Notes under the pieces: generated by a model | Databases searched by the model: none | The model's input: the letters and a program-made list of their open reading frames with translations, nothing else | Told to the model about the DNA's origin: nothing | Program-made: the position numbers and the translations under genes | DNA from: a virus | IMG/VR virus record: IMGVR_UViG_3300009000_000003 | Length of the DNA: 64,000 bases | Direction: 5' to 3' (one strand) | Shown here: positions 1 to 8,986 of the stretch, one piece after another | Layout: every line of letters begins with the position of its first letter | Numbering within the stretch: position 1 is the stretch's first letter

Positions 1-2
1 AA

Positions 3-1199
3 TTAGTAATACAAAACAATTCAAACTATGTAGAAATTAAACAAGAAAAAGTAAAATCAATTAAATTAGTACTTACTAAAGAAGTGTCTGACTATACAGA
101 TGCTGGGAAATACGTTTATTTATTTACTTTAGATTTTATTGGTTATACTGAAAATTCATATAAAATAAATACTGATTCTACAATGTATTTAGGTCCATAT
201 GAAATATTAGATGAAAACGATGAGCCAGTAAACTTTAGTTTAGCAACAGTAAAGGGAGGTACTTGCTGCATCATACCAGATGAAACTTCTATAGATATGT
301 TTGTATCTAAAGATAATTCTAGTTGGATAAAAGCAGATTTTAAAGGTACTTCTCAACAAGTAATACAATTTTCTGAATCAGAAGAAAATGCAGAAACATA
401 TAACATCTTTAATATTTTAGATGAAAGTTCTGAAAGCAACTGGGTTGCTGAAAACTATCCAGAAGAATTAAGTTTAAAGAAAAATGAAAGATGTTTAAAT
501 GTTTATGTACCAAAAGAAAACAAAGCGCTTATAAATTTTAATTCTTTAAACATACAAAGAAATATTTTAAAAGAAGATAAAGTAAAACTTTATAAGGCTT
601 ACTCAGGCTGGGAATATAAAGAAGGGTATTATCACACCAATATTATCTGCAATTCAATTGAAGGTATGTATATAGATTTTGGAAATAGAAGTTGTTTTTT
701 AAATGGACAGCAAACCAATGGAAAAACTTTTATTAGTTTTGGAAAGCATTCTTTTAAAACTTCTAAAGAGAATTGGTTACATATTAAAGACGAACCCAAT
801 ATAAATTCATTAAAATCTTTAAAAGAAAAAGATAAGCTGTATCCTTTTAATCACAAGTATTTGATAGAAGGTTTTGATTACAAAATTGATTTTAGAGGAA
901 ATAAAAAGTATAAAAAGAAATTAGATATTTTTTCATTTGATTTAAAATTACTTAGTAATTCAAAGTTTGCTTATGAAAATGAGTTAGATGTATTTACTTT
1001 GAAAGAAGTTGACGAAAATATTTACATCATAGTAAAATGTAAAGAAATTAGTGGTGAAGAAAAAATAGAAGACTACAACATCACTTATCGTAAAAACGAC
1101 ACAATCAATTCAAATAAATTATATATTAAAGCAATTTTAAGAAGTGCAAATGAAAAAGTAACTCCTAAAATAGATCAAATCCAAGTCAGGGTAATCTAA
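3..1199 (+). CDS. Hypothetical, probably virion structural protein (5'-truncated by window edge)
   Basis: Frame is open from position 3, upstream of the GTG at 84; C-terminal TPKIDQIQVRVI; lies in the + strand cluster. Confidence 0.5.
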   Translation, partial: LVIQNNSNYVEIKQEKVKSIKLVLTKEVSDYTDAGKYVYLFTLDFIGYTENSYKINTDSTMYLGPYEILDENDEPVNFSLATVKGGTCCIIPDETSIDMFVSKDNSSWIKADFKGTSQQVIQFSESEENAETYNIFNILDESSESNWVAENYPEELSLKKNERCLNVYVPKENKALINFNSLNIQRNILKEDKVKLYKAYSGWEYKEGYYHTNIICNSIEGMYIDFGNRSCFLNGQQTNGKTFISFGKHSFKTSKENWLHIKDEPNINSLKSLKEKDKLYPFNHKYLIEGFDYKIDFRGNKKYKKKLDIFSFDLKLLSNSKFAYENELDVFTLKEVDENIYIIVKCKEISGEEKIEDYNITYRKNDTINSNKLYIKAILRSANEKVTPKIDQIQVRVI

Positions 1200-3266
1200 A
1201 TGGCAACCAACTTTTTAAATAATCTAAACTATCCAATAGTAATAAATTCATCAGCAGTAACAAATGCAGATAATAAAGAGGCTATATATTTAAACTCTGT
1301 AAAGAACAGAAATGATTTAAACAATATAAGCGCTTATATTAACACTTTATTGGTACCTGCTATGCAGGGGTTAGCTAGCGGGCCAAAGTATCCTTATGAT
1401 GCCGTTGTAGATGGTATTTCAGGGCTTACTACAATTACTTATCCAGAGGAAAAAGGTAACAATCAATTTAACATTGGATTATACTGGAAAAAAGATTCAG
1501 AAACAGAACCAGGTAGACCTTGTACTATTAAGGAATCTTTTGATTATTTATTAAGCAACTTAGTAGACAGAATTGTTGAAGTACAACAATCGACTACAGA
1601 CTTAACTGAAGTTTGGGAACAAATTAGATGCAACTCTTTAAATTTAGAAAGAGTTAAAAAAGACAGTTTGGGCGAACAATATATTCTTGAATGCTTATCA
1701 AATAAGCAAAGAGAATGGGATCTTTCTAAACATATCTATGAAATTTTATTTCAACTTACAGAAGGTCATGATGAAGCTCAATTAGCTGAATTAGATTCTG
1801 GAGCTGATTATCCGAGCTTATCTATTAAAACTTCTTTATTAATTCCTGGGCCAGAAGGTCCCGCTGGGCCAACTGGGCCTCAAGGGCCTGCTGGAGTAGA
1901 CGGCGGGAATGCAATATTTTATTCTAGAGAGCAATTGGCACCTACAATTGAAAATGTTAAAGAAACTACTTTAGATAAATTAAGTAGCGCTAATAACTTT
2001 AAATTTAATTCAATTGAAAATCAATTTAATATTGTTAATGCTGGTAAAGACAGAGGATTATCTTTAGGAGAAACTTTAAATTTAACAGTTTTTGGAGATT
2101 TTCCTGGAACTGGAATACCAGATCATGGAGAAGCTAGAGCATATACTTTTTGTAGTACAGGAAGTCCCGACATAAATAGAATTATTGATTTAATTGAATA
2201 CGAATCAAACGGTGTACCTTCATTAAAAAGTTTAATGCAAAATGTATCAACTTTAAATAATAATTTAAATGCAAAGTTTATCGCACCTATTTGGAATAGA
2301 AATTATTTAACAAATAAAGTAGGGGATGAAATTTTAGCTGTAGAAGAATCTTACACGCCAATCATTGGCGTATCTAGAGATGATATAACTTATTCAGACA
2401 TCACTTTTAATAGCGCATTCGTTTGGAACGAAGAAGAGTATGTTGGATTGCAAGATGATTACGAAAATGCCAATGCATTTAATTTAGGAGAAACTGCTAC
2501 TTTAAAAAGACATTATTGTTCAATGGGCGAGTCACCTATAATTATGCTAGGTGAATACTTGCAAGGAGACGAAATTGTAGCAGTACCTTTTCAACTGTTA
2601 ATAAATAGAGGAATACCTGTTAGATTTTTGCTTACTGGGCTGCAAGATATTGATAGTAGCGAGCCGCACCATTTTAATGCTAATGTAATAGGAATGTCTA
2701 AAAGGTATTTTGAAGAATCTATATTAGACAGTTATTTATTAGATCCAGATCCAGAAAATAATGCTCAAGAAAAAATTCAAGAACAACTTTTTAATTCTTT
2801 AAATATTATTGAAGATGATCAAGGAAATCTAGTGGGGGCCGCTTACGAAAAATTGCCTTCTTTAATGTTTAGGGAAGATGTTGATTTTGGTAGCGAAAAT
2901 AGCGATGACTTGAGAATATATACAAAAGGAAATTGGGAAAAATATATCAACTTAAATACATTGGGAATTATTACTAATAAATCAAATTATGGAGAAGTAG
3001 AAGAAAATCCTAGATTGTTTAATGAAGATCCAAACCTTGGACTTTTAGATCTTGGAATTTTAAATTCTGATGCTAATAAAATGTGCAGCGATATTTTAAA
3101 TATACAAGATGACAATTTTGCTAGTGGAATAATTTATTACCCTTACATAGAAAAAGTTTGGGAACTTTTGTTTGGAGAAACAAAAGATAAAACAAACATA
3201 ACTCAAAGATTAGCTGTAGCTAAACATTCAAGACTAAGCATAGCTTATGCTAATATAAAAGTGTAA
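1200..3266 (+). CDS. Putative virion structural protein with short collagen-like segment
   Basis: 688 aa acidic protein containing GPEGPAGPTGPQGPAG; abuts previous ORF. Confidence 0.5.
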   Translation: MATNFLNNLNYPIVINSSAVTNADNKEAIYLNSVKNRNDLNNISAYINTLLVPAMQGLASGPKYPYDAVVDGISGLTTITYPEEKGNNQFNIGLYWKKDSETEPGRPCTIKESFDYLLSNLVDRIVEVQQSTTDLTEVWEQIRCNSLNLERVKKDSLGEQYILECLSNKQREWDLSKHIYEILFQLTEGHDEAQLAELDSGADYPSLSIKTSLLIPGPEGPAGPTGPQGPAGVDGGNAIFYSREQLAPTIENVKETTLDKLSSANNFKFNSIENQFNIVNAGKDRGLSLGETLNLTVFGDFPGTGIPDHGEARAYTFCSTGSPDINRIIDLIEYESNGVPSLKSLMQNVSTLNNNLNAKFIAPIWNRNYLTNKVGDEILAVEESYTPIIGVSRDDITYSDITFNSAFVWNEEEYVGLQDDYENANAFNLGETATLKRHYCSMGESPIIMLGEYLQGDEIVAVPFQLLINRGIPVRFLLTGLQDIDSSEPHHFNANVIGMSKRYFEESILDSYLLDPDPENNAQEKIQEQLFNSLNIIEDDQGNLVGAAYEKLPSLMFREDVDFGSENSDDLRIYTKGNWEKYINLNTLGIITNKSNYGEVEENPRLFNEDPNLGLLDLGILNSDANKMCSDILNIQDDNFASGIIYYPYIEKVWELLFGETKDKTNITQRLAVAKHSRLSIAYANIKV

Positions 3267-3276
3267 GGAGAAATAA

Positions 3277-3591
3277 ATGAAAGAAGACCAAGATATAAAT
3301 CTAGTTTCTTACCGCTTAAAAGAAATTGAAAATAGTTTAGACAAGCACTTAGAAAAGCTGTCTAATAAAATTGATCTTCTTTTAGAACAAGTAAATAAAA
3401 CAACTATTGCTCAATCTGAAACTAAAGTAAAAGTACAAAAGTTAGAAAGTGACGTACAAAATTTAATTAAAGCAGATGAAAATTTAAAAGAAGAAATTAC
3501 AAAACTAAAAGTTACGCTTGCAGAAAAATTAGGATGGGGAGCTGTAGGCGGAATTTTAAGTGGAGTAATTTTAAAAATGTTAGGACAATAA
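3277..3591 (+). CDS. Coiled-coil protein with C-terminal transmembrane helix (holin/XhlA-like possible)
   Basis: AGGAG RBS; heptad-rich body then LGWGAVGGILSGVILKML. Confidence 0.4.
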   Translation: MKEDQDINLVSYRLKEIENSLDKHLEKLSNKIDLLLEQVNKTTIAQSETKVKVQKLESDVQNLIKADENLKEEITKLKVTLAEKLGWGAVGGILSGVILKMLGQ

Positions 3592-3592
3592 T

Positions 3593-3820
3593 ATGCCATT
3601 AGATCCAAATAATAATTTTGATAGAATTACTTTAAATAGAATTTCTAATCTTGAAGAAAGAATTAGAGACTTATTTACAGTTCAAAACAATCTTGTATCT
3701 AATGCACAAGTATCAGAACTACTTACAGCTATATCAACAGAACTTAGCGTGATTAAAGAAACGCTAAGCTCATTAGAAAAAAGAGTAAGTATTTTAGAAG
3801 ATATTCCAGAAATTAATTAA
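3593..3820 (+). CDS. Hypothetical coiled-coil protein
   Basis: 75 aa ORF starting 1 nt after the upstream stop. Confidence 0.5.
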   Translation: MPLDPNNNFDRITLNRISNLEERIRDLFTVQNNLVSNAQVSELLTAISTELSVIKETLSSLEKRVSILEDIPEIN

Positions 3821-3947
3821 CATTTAAAACTGAATTAATTTTAGTAATAATATCTTTAATCTTTAATTTGCTAGACTCTAGATCATTAATATTTTTTTGA
3901 ATTTTTTTTAATGAATTAGAGTCTTTATTTCGTTTGCAATTACACAT
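3813..3947 (-). CDS. Small hypothetical protein (44 aa, not in ORF track)
   Basis: MCNCKRNKDSNSLKKIQ...VLNVN*; start overlaps the end of the upstream ORF. Confidence 0.35.
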   Translation of the reverse strand: MCNCKRNKDSNSLKKIQKNINDLESSKLKIKDIITKINSVLNVN

Positions 3948-4251
3948 CTTGCTCTAAGTCCTTCAACTTGTTTTTAAGGCGTGTATTTTCAGAACGTACT
4001 TTTTTAAGATCTGCTTTAAGATCAGATGCCTCTTCAGCAAGTTGAGTAAGCAAACGATTCAAGTCTTCAATTTTTTGATCAGAATCTTTTTGCAAAAGCT
4101 CTAACTCAGCTTCAAGCTCTGGACATCTAGTACATGCAGCTTGCTTAGTATTAGATTTGCAAGAAGCCAGTTGTTGTTTAAGAGAAATGATTTCATTTTG
4201 AAGTTGAACAACTTTTTTAGCAGACGCTTGTCTTTCTTTAAATAAGCTCAT
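3940..4251 (-). CDS. Hypothetical coiled-coil protein
   Basis: Likely start MSLFKE at 4251, just after the upstream stop. Confidence 0.55.
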   Translation of the reverse strand: MSLFKERQASAKKVVQLQNEIISLKQQLASCKSNTKQAACTRCPELEAELELLQKDSDQKIEDLNRLLTQLAEEASDLKADLKKVRSENTRLKNKLKDLEQDV

Positions 4252-4253
4252 AA

Positions 4254-4751
4254 TTAAAATCCTGTAGGCTTGTGTGGAGTAAAAATGAGATGAGGCTCCC
4301 AAGAATCAGAATCATTATTAAATGATTGATCTTTATCTAATACCACATGAATACCAATTTTATCTACTTTTACAGAAAGCACATTATCCATACTAATAAC
4401 ATTAGCGATTTGCTCTGCTAGCCACTTCTTACCTTGAACCTCCCATTGGGGGAGTTTTGTAGTATTATTAAAATCTACTACAGTAGCAACTTGAGTATTT
4501 TTATTAGAGTATGAATTAATTAAAGAAATTTCTACATCTTTAAAATGGCGACACCTTCTAAGCCAAGTAAAAATTGCAGTAGGCAATTGTTCAGCGCTGA
4601 CTAAGTCAGTTAAATTTTTACCACCTGGAATTACCATTTTAAGTTGTTTGTTAATTTTAGGACCTTGTAGTTTTTTAACTAAAGATTCTTGATTTGCAAT
4701 AGAAGAATTAGTGCCTAATTGCTTGATTGCATCTGTTTTATTAATAGACAT
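4254..4751 (-). CDS. Hypothetical protein
   Basis: 165 aa ORF in a tight operon. Confidence 0.55.
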   Translation of the reverse strand: MSINKTDAIKQLGTNSSIANQESLVKKLQGPKINKQLKMVIPGGKNLTDLVSAEQLPTAIFTWLRRCRHFKDVEISLINSYSNKNTQVATVVDFNNTTKLPQWEVQGKKWLAEQIANVISMDNVLSVKVDKIGIHVVLDKDQSFNNDSDSWEPHLIFTPHKPTGF

Positions 4752-5425
4752 AAATTATCTCTTTTCTCAGATAAATTTGAAGTATATTTAAAGTTTTTGT
4801 TTTCAACGCTAGGTTTATAATAAGTAAGTTTATTATAAAGATACATTTTTAGATCATCGCCATCAAAATTATCTGGAATAGATAAGTCAATATATTTGAA
4901 TGGCTCTATTATAAAATAATCAATTTCTTCAGTAGCTCTATAAAGTAAGTCTCTATTAACTTCTAAAATATATTTTCGTATAATAGAAAAGATAAACATT
5001 TTAATTTCATTAACAATATAAAACCAAAATTTCTTTTCTTTTTTATATCTAGAAGCAGGTATATGAGCTTTTTTATTTAAGTGCAAAATAAAAGCCTCAA
5101 TGCATATATCTAAAAAAGACATGTTGTTATTCTTTAAATATGTGTCTAGCAAAGAGAATTTTTTTTCTAAAGTAAAAGGAGTGCCATCATCTGCTTCTAG
5201 TAATCTTAATAAAGTATAGAAAGTTATATCTTTATAATAATTTCTGTTTTCGTAACAAGCTTGCCATACTAAAAACGTAGGAAGTATTTTATTTAAAATA
5301 TAACTATAACTTTTTTTACACTTATGTTTTTTAACAGCTATATACTTGCTTTGAAAAATCTCAAAATTTATATTGCTGTAAATAGGTATTACATTAGTAT
5401 CTAAAGTTATAGTTTCTAATTTCAT
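4715..5425 (-). CDS. Hypothetical protein (weak sigma-factor region 2-like helix)
   Basis: 236 aa; FWFYIVNEIKMFIFSIIRK only loosely resembles sigma region 2. Confidence 0.3.
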   Translation of the reverse strand: MKLETITLDTNVIPIYSNINFEIFQSKYIAVKKHKCKKSYSYILNKILPTFLVWQACYENRNYYKDITFYTLLRLLEADDGTPFTLEKKFSLLDTYLKNNNMSFLDICIEAFILHLNKKAHIPASRYKKEKKFWFYIVNEIKMFIFSIIRKYILEVNRDLLYRATEEIDYFIIEPFKYIDLSIPDNFDGDDLKMYLYNKLTYYKPSVENKNFKYTSNLSEKRDNLCLLIKQMQSSN

Positions 5426-5772
5426 TTATCACATGTGTCTATGTATGCATTGAAAAGATGAATCCAGTCATCTAAACGCATAGTACATAGAATGTCTTCT
5501 CTATCATCTTTTGTTATGGCTACAGGAATCTTACCATTAATATTAGCATCTTCTATAGCTTGTTTTAAAGCAGCTTTAATATTGCAACGTTTATGACGCT
5601 TAGCCTCTATATGAAATATAGGTATATCTACATCAGAAACTTCAGCTCCACCAGACCTAGTTTGGCCTATACCTCTCTTAGCTTCAAGAGAAGTATTATC
5701 AGTTATATACTTTGCAAGCTTACGTTCAAATGCTGCACCTTTTAATCTAGCACCTCTACCTCTACTCGTCAT
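5422..5772 (-). CDS. Holliday junction resolvase, Hjc-like PD-(D/E)XK
   Basis: KGAAFER...SD...IEAKR motif pattern; likely start MTSRGRG at 5772. Confidence 0.75.
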   Translation of the reverse strand: MTSRGRGARLKGAAFERKLAKYITDNTSLEAKRGIGQTRSGGAEVSDVDIPIFHIEAKRHKRCNIKAALKQAIEDANINGKIPVAITKDDREDILCTMRLDDWIHLFNAYIDTCDK

Positions 5773-6409
5773 CTTCTTCATCCTTTTCAAAAGAGACTTC
5801 ATATTTTCTTGAATCCATAACTGAATCAATTAAATTGAAATCTAAAGCTTCTTGAGTAGAAAAATAAAAAGAAGTTTTATTTTTAAAATTAAGATTCCAA
5901 ACTGATTTTTTCATTTCAGTTCTTTCTCGAATAATTTTATCTGCTACTTTTTGACAATGCTCATAATAATGAGCAAAAGATTTCATACCATCAATAGAGT
6001 CTATGCTGCCGGAATGAACTACAGGTTGATGATAAAAGAAAGTAGTAGTAGGAGTAGCAATTCTATAATCAGCTGCACTTAAAATAATTAATCCAGCACT
6101 ACTACATAAACCAGTAGTAACTAAAATAACTGGGCAACTAATTGTTTTGATTGCATCATATATAGCAAGGCCATCAGTTAAAGAGCCTCCTTCTGTATTT
6201 AAATATACAGTAATTGGCTCTTCATCATTTAATTTTTCTAAATGAAATAATTGAGAAATAAATAGTTCTGCTTTTTCTCCAGAAACTTCACCAAAAAAAG
6301 ATAAAGCTCTAGTAGTATCACCAAAGAACTTATGTTCATAAGGCGACCAAGTAGAAAGATCTTGAGAAGATAGAAGTTCCTCAAGTAGTGCTTGTTTTAA
6401 TTCGCTCAT
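5762..6409 (-). CDS. clpP: ClpP-like serine peptidase
   Basis: ITVYLNTEGGS...GLAIYD, GLCSSAG (catalytic Ser), FFYHQP (His), EALDFNLID. Confidence 0.85.
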   Translation of the reverse strand: MSELKQALLEELLSSQDLSTWSPYEHKFFGDTTRALSFFGEVSGEKAELFISQLFHLEKLNDEEPITVYLNTEGGSLTDGLAIYDAIKTISCPVILVTTGLCSSAGLIILSAADYRIATPTTTFFYHQPVVHSGSIDSIDGMKSFAHYYEHCQKVADKIIRERTEMKKSVWNLNFKNKTSFYFSTQEALDFNLIDSVMDSRKYEVSFEKDEEDDE

Positions 6410-6844
6410 TTAATAGCTTTCGAATATTTTTTGTTTAATGTAATCAGAAGTTATTTTTTTAGCTTCTTTGTAAGATACTTCCACATAATTATAACCGGCG
6501 TCAATTAAAAAAGTTTTTTTGCGATTGTCTCGATATTGAATATTATGAAAATCTTTTTTAGCTTCTTCATATGGTTTATAACCAAAAAGAACCTGCTCAT
6601 AATGTTGTTTACCGTGAAGCTCAATAACAGTATTTAACTCATCTATAAACCAGTCTACTGCATCGTAATTATTAGGATAAGAAGAAACCAATCCACTTAA
6701 AGGAACTTCTTGATAACATTTTAAATTTTTAAAATAAGTGTCAGTCCTAAAAAGATCTCTAAGTTTATTGTGAAATTTAGAAGCGTTCGGATAATGAAAA
6801 AACTGATCTGACCAACCGGAACGTTTATCATTTGTCATAATCAT
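6410..6844 (-). CDS. Vsr/DUF559-like endonuclease
   Basis: VD...VIELHGKQHY...DNRKK...GYNYVEV pattern. Confidence 0.6.
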   Translation of the reverse strand: MIMTNDKRSGWSDQFFHYPNASKFHNKLRDLFRTDTYFKNLKCYQEVPLSGLVSSYPNNYDAVDWFIDELNTVIELHGKQHYEQVLFGYKPYEEAKKDFHNIQYRDNRKKTFLIDAGYNYVEVSYKEAKKITSDYIKQKIFESY

Positions 6845-7135
6845 GCCCTACAACAATTTCTTTATCTTTAACAAAACCAATAATCCCTTTAGAAAAAAAG
6901 AAATTTAATAAATCTTCCCAAAGTTTATCGTCTGCTATTTCGTGAAATTGACCAGTAGCGCTAATTTCTTCTAAATAAATTTTTTGAGTAGGCTCATGTA
7001 ATATGCAAACAAACTCCCTAAATGATCGTTTAGCAGTAGCTAAATGAACCCAAGGGCCATTTTTGAATACATGAGTAGGCAAATTTATTCTTACTGAAGA
7101 AGCTAAAATAAAATCGCCATAAGTAGCTGTAGTCA
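6828..7135 (-). CDS. Hypothetical protein
   Basis: Operon-packed ORF; likely start near MTTATY. Confidence 0.45.
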
Positions 7136-7876
7136 TTTGAAACAATCCGATCTTTTTACACAAGTAAAATTAGTGCAATAAGGTTTTATTTTGTATTGAT
7201 TTAAAGCAACATAAGTTTCAAAATATTTAGTATAATGTGAAATATCTTTAATATCTGTATCTTTAATATCAATATGCTTTAAACGATCAAGTAAAGCTTT
7301 TTTATTTTCAGATCTTATTTTTGAATAACAAATAATAGAATAGTCTATAGATACTTTAGAAAATGTATCTTTAAGCCTTTGCTTTAAAATTAAAGCTTTG
7401 TATTCAAAAAGATCTTGCATCCTTTTTATTTGATAATCTAAAAAAGGATAAAAAGAAATACCAACAAATTTTTTAGAAAATCTTTTAGTAGTTATATCTC
7501 TTAAAATAAAATGATATTTAAAATTTACATTAACATAACTGCTATAAGAAGGTACTTCTAAATCAGATAAAATCAATCTATATTTATCAAATGAATATAA
7601 CTTGTTAAAATTGTAAATAAATAAAGTAACATATTTAAACAATTGTCTCATTTCAGGCATTTGTTCAATAGTAAAATATTTAACAGTTTTATTAAAACAA
7701 GAATAAATTCTATCGTCTAAATCTTTAAAAGGATCTTTATCTAAACTTTTAAATAAAGCTTTTAAAGTTTTAAGAGCTATTACTTGAGAGTAATCGAGTT
7801 TAATAACAGAATGACCATATACAGGAAGTAGGGGGCATTCAAAAGTAGTTAAAAATTTATCTTCAGATATTTTCAT
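7133..7876 (-). CDS. Hypothetical protein with C-terminal Cys cluster
   Basis: 247 aa, ends YCTNFTCVKRSDCFK. Confidence 0.45.
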   Translation of the reverse strand: MKISEDKFLTTFECPLLPVYGHSVIKLDYSQVIALKTLKALFKSLDKDPFKDLDDRIYSCFNKTVKYFTIEQMPEMRQLFKYVTLFIYNFNKLYSFDKYRLILSDLEVPSYSSYVNVNFKYHFILRDITTKRFSKKFVGISFYPFLDYQIKRMQDLFEYKALILKQRLKDTFSKVSIDYSIICYSKIRSENKKALLDRLKHIDIKDTDIKDISHYTKYFETYVALNQYKIKPYCTNFTCVKRSDCFK

Positions 7877-8337
7877 TTTACCAAATGATAAGTATACAAT
7901 CCTGCTGTAAAAGCTAAAGGTAAGGCTATATACATGACAAGTTTGTGTTTAAATAAAGTGTTACTTAATAATTTATTTTCTTTTTCAAGAAGAAGATTTC
8001 GTTCCTCATAAAAAGCAGCAGCAGTTTTAATATCTTCTATAACTTGATCGCATTGAGTTCTAAATAAAGATATTTTATTTTCACATAAGCGATCTTGGTG
8101 CTCAAGTTGAGCAGCCATGTCTTTATGAAGATTATCTAAAGTATCTCTAAATATTACTAATTGATAAGGTTTAATTAAAAAAGCATGATAAGGAGCTTTT
8201 TCACCTTTAAAAATTTGATCACAACATTGCAAATCTTGATCTTCAAAAAAAGAAAAATCAAAAAGGTTTACTTGAAAAGTATCTGCATATAAATTTAAAG
8301 GCAAACTAAAAAGTAAAAACAATAAAATTTTTTTCAT
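7873..8337 (-). CDS. Secreted/membrane protein (signal peptide, coiled coil, C-terminal TM)
   Basis: MKKILLFLLFSLPLNLYA signal; hydrophobic C-terminus. Confidence 0.5.
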   Translation of the reverse strand: MKKILLFLLFSLPLNLYADTFQVNLFDFSFFEDQDLQCCDQIFKGEKAPYHAFLIKPYQLVIFRDTLDNLHKDMAAQLEHQDRLCENKISLFRTQCDQVIEDIKTAAAFYEERNLLLEKENKLLSNTLFKHKLVMYIALPLAFTAGLYTYHLVK

Positions 8338-8654
8338 TTCTTTTTATCTCGCTTGCATTGAAGACAATCAAGTTCGTTACAAGCCTCTTCAAGGCGTTTA
8401 TACTTTTTTTGAAAGGTCTCTTTATTAGTTTTGCTTTCAATTTTTACAGCAGCATCTATTTTCTGTAAACACAGATTATTAGAATCTGTTAATTGAATTT
8501 TTAAAGATTTTACTTGAGCAATATCTAGTTTACATACTTCTGAATGAGGCCTTGGTGGTCTTTTTAAAACAAAAGTATAAAAAACTATACCAAAGAAAAA
8601 ACCAGTAGCAAAAACAATAGCTAAGATTTGTAAATTTTCTTTAAGTTCTTTCAT
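8334..8654 (-). CDS. Membrane-anchored protein (N-terminal TM)
   Basis: ILAIVFATGFFFGIVFYTFVL followed by a helical soluble part. Confidence 0.5.
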   Translation of the reverse strand: MKELKENLQILAIVFATGFFFGIVFYTFVLKRPPRPHSEVCKLDIAQVKSLKIQLTDSNNLCLQKIDAAVKIESKTNKETFQKKYKRLEEACNELDCLQCKRDKKK

Positions 8655-8986
8655 TTAAAAGCTCCTGAATTTTTATTCTCTTTAGACTTATACATATTTT
8701 CTACATGTTTAGAAATAAATATAGGTTGCAAAGAATAATCTTTTTTAACAGCTTCTTCATATGAAAGAATATCGTACGAAGCAGCCATTGGAGCATCAGT
8801 AAGACCCTGAATAAGGCCGCGTTGAATTAACGCTTTACGAACCCTATCCAGAGTATTACCGATGTGGTTATCTCCAGCTTCTAAATAATAATATGTTTTG
8901 TTAGAGTATAAATATACACCCATTGATTTTTTTTGAGGCATTTTTGAATCCTTAATAATCTTGATCGTACTCTTCAGCACGAACAT
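8651..8986 (-). CDS. Hypothetical protein
   Basis: ORF in operon. Confidence 0.4.
   Translation of the reverse strand: MFVLKSTIKIIKDSKMPQKKSMGVYLYSNKTYYYLEAGDNHIGNTLDRVRKALIQRGLIQGLTDAPMAASYDILSYEEAVKKDYSLQPIFISKHVENMYKSKENKNSGAFK

Noticed and set aside
3872-3925. Inverted repeat as a bidirectional terminator at the strand switch
   Set aside because: AT-rich imperfect stem with a long loop, lying within a plausible 44 aa ORF; too weak to call.
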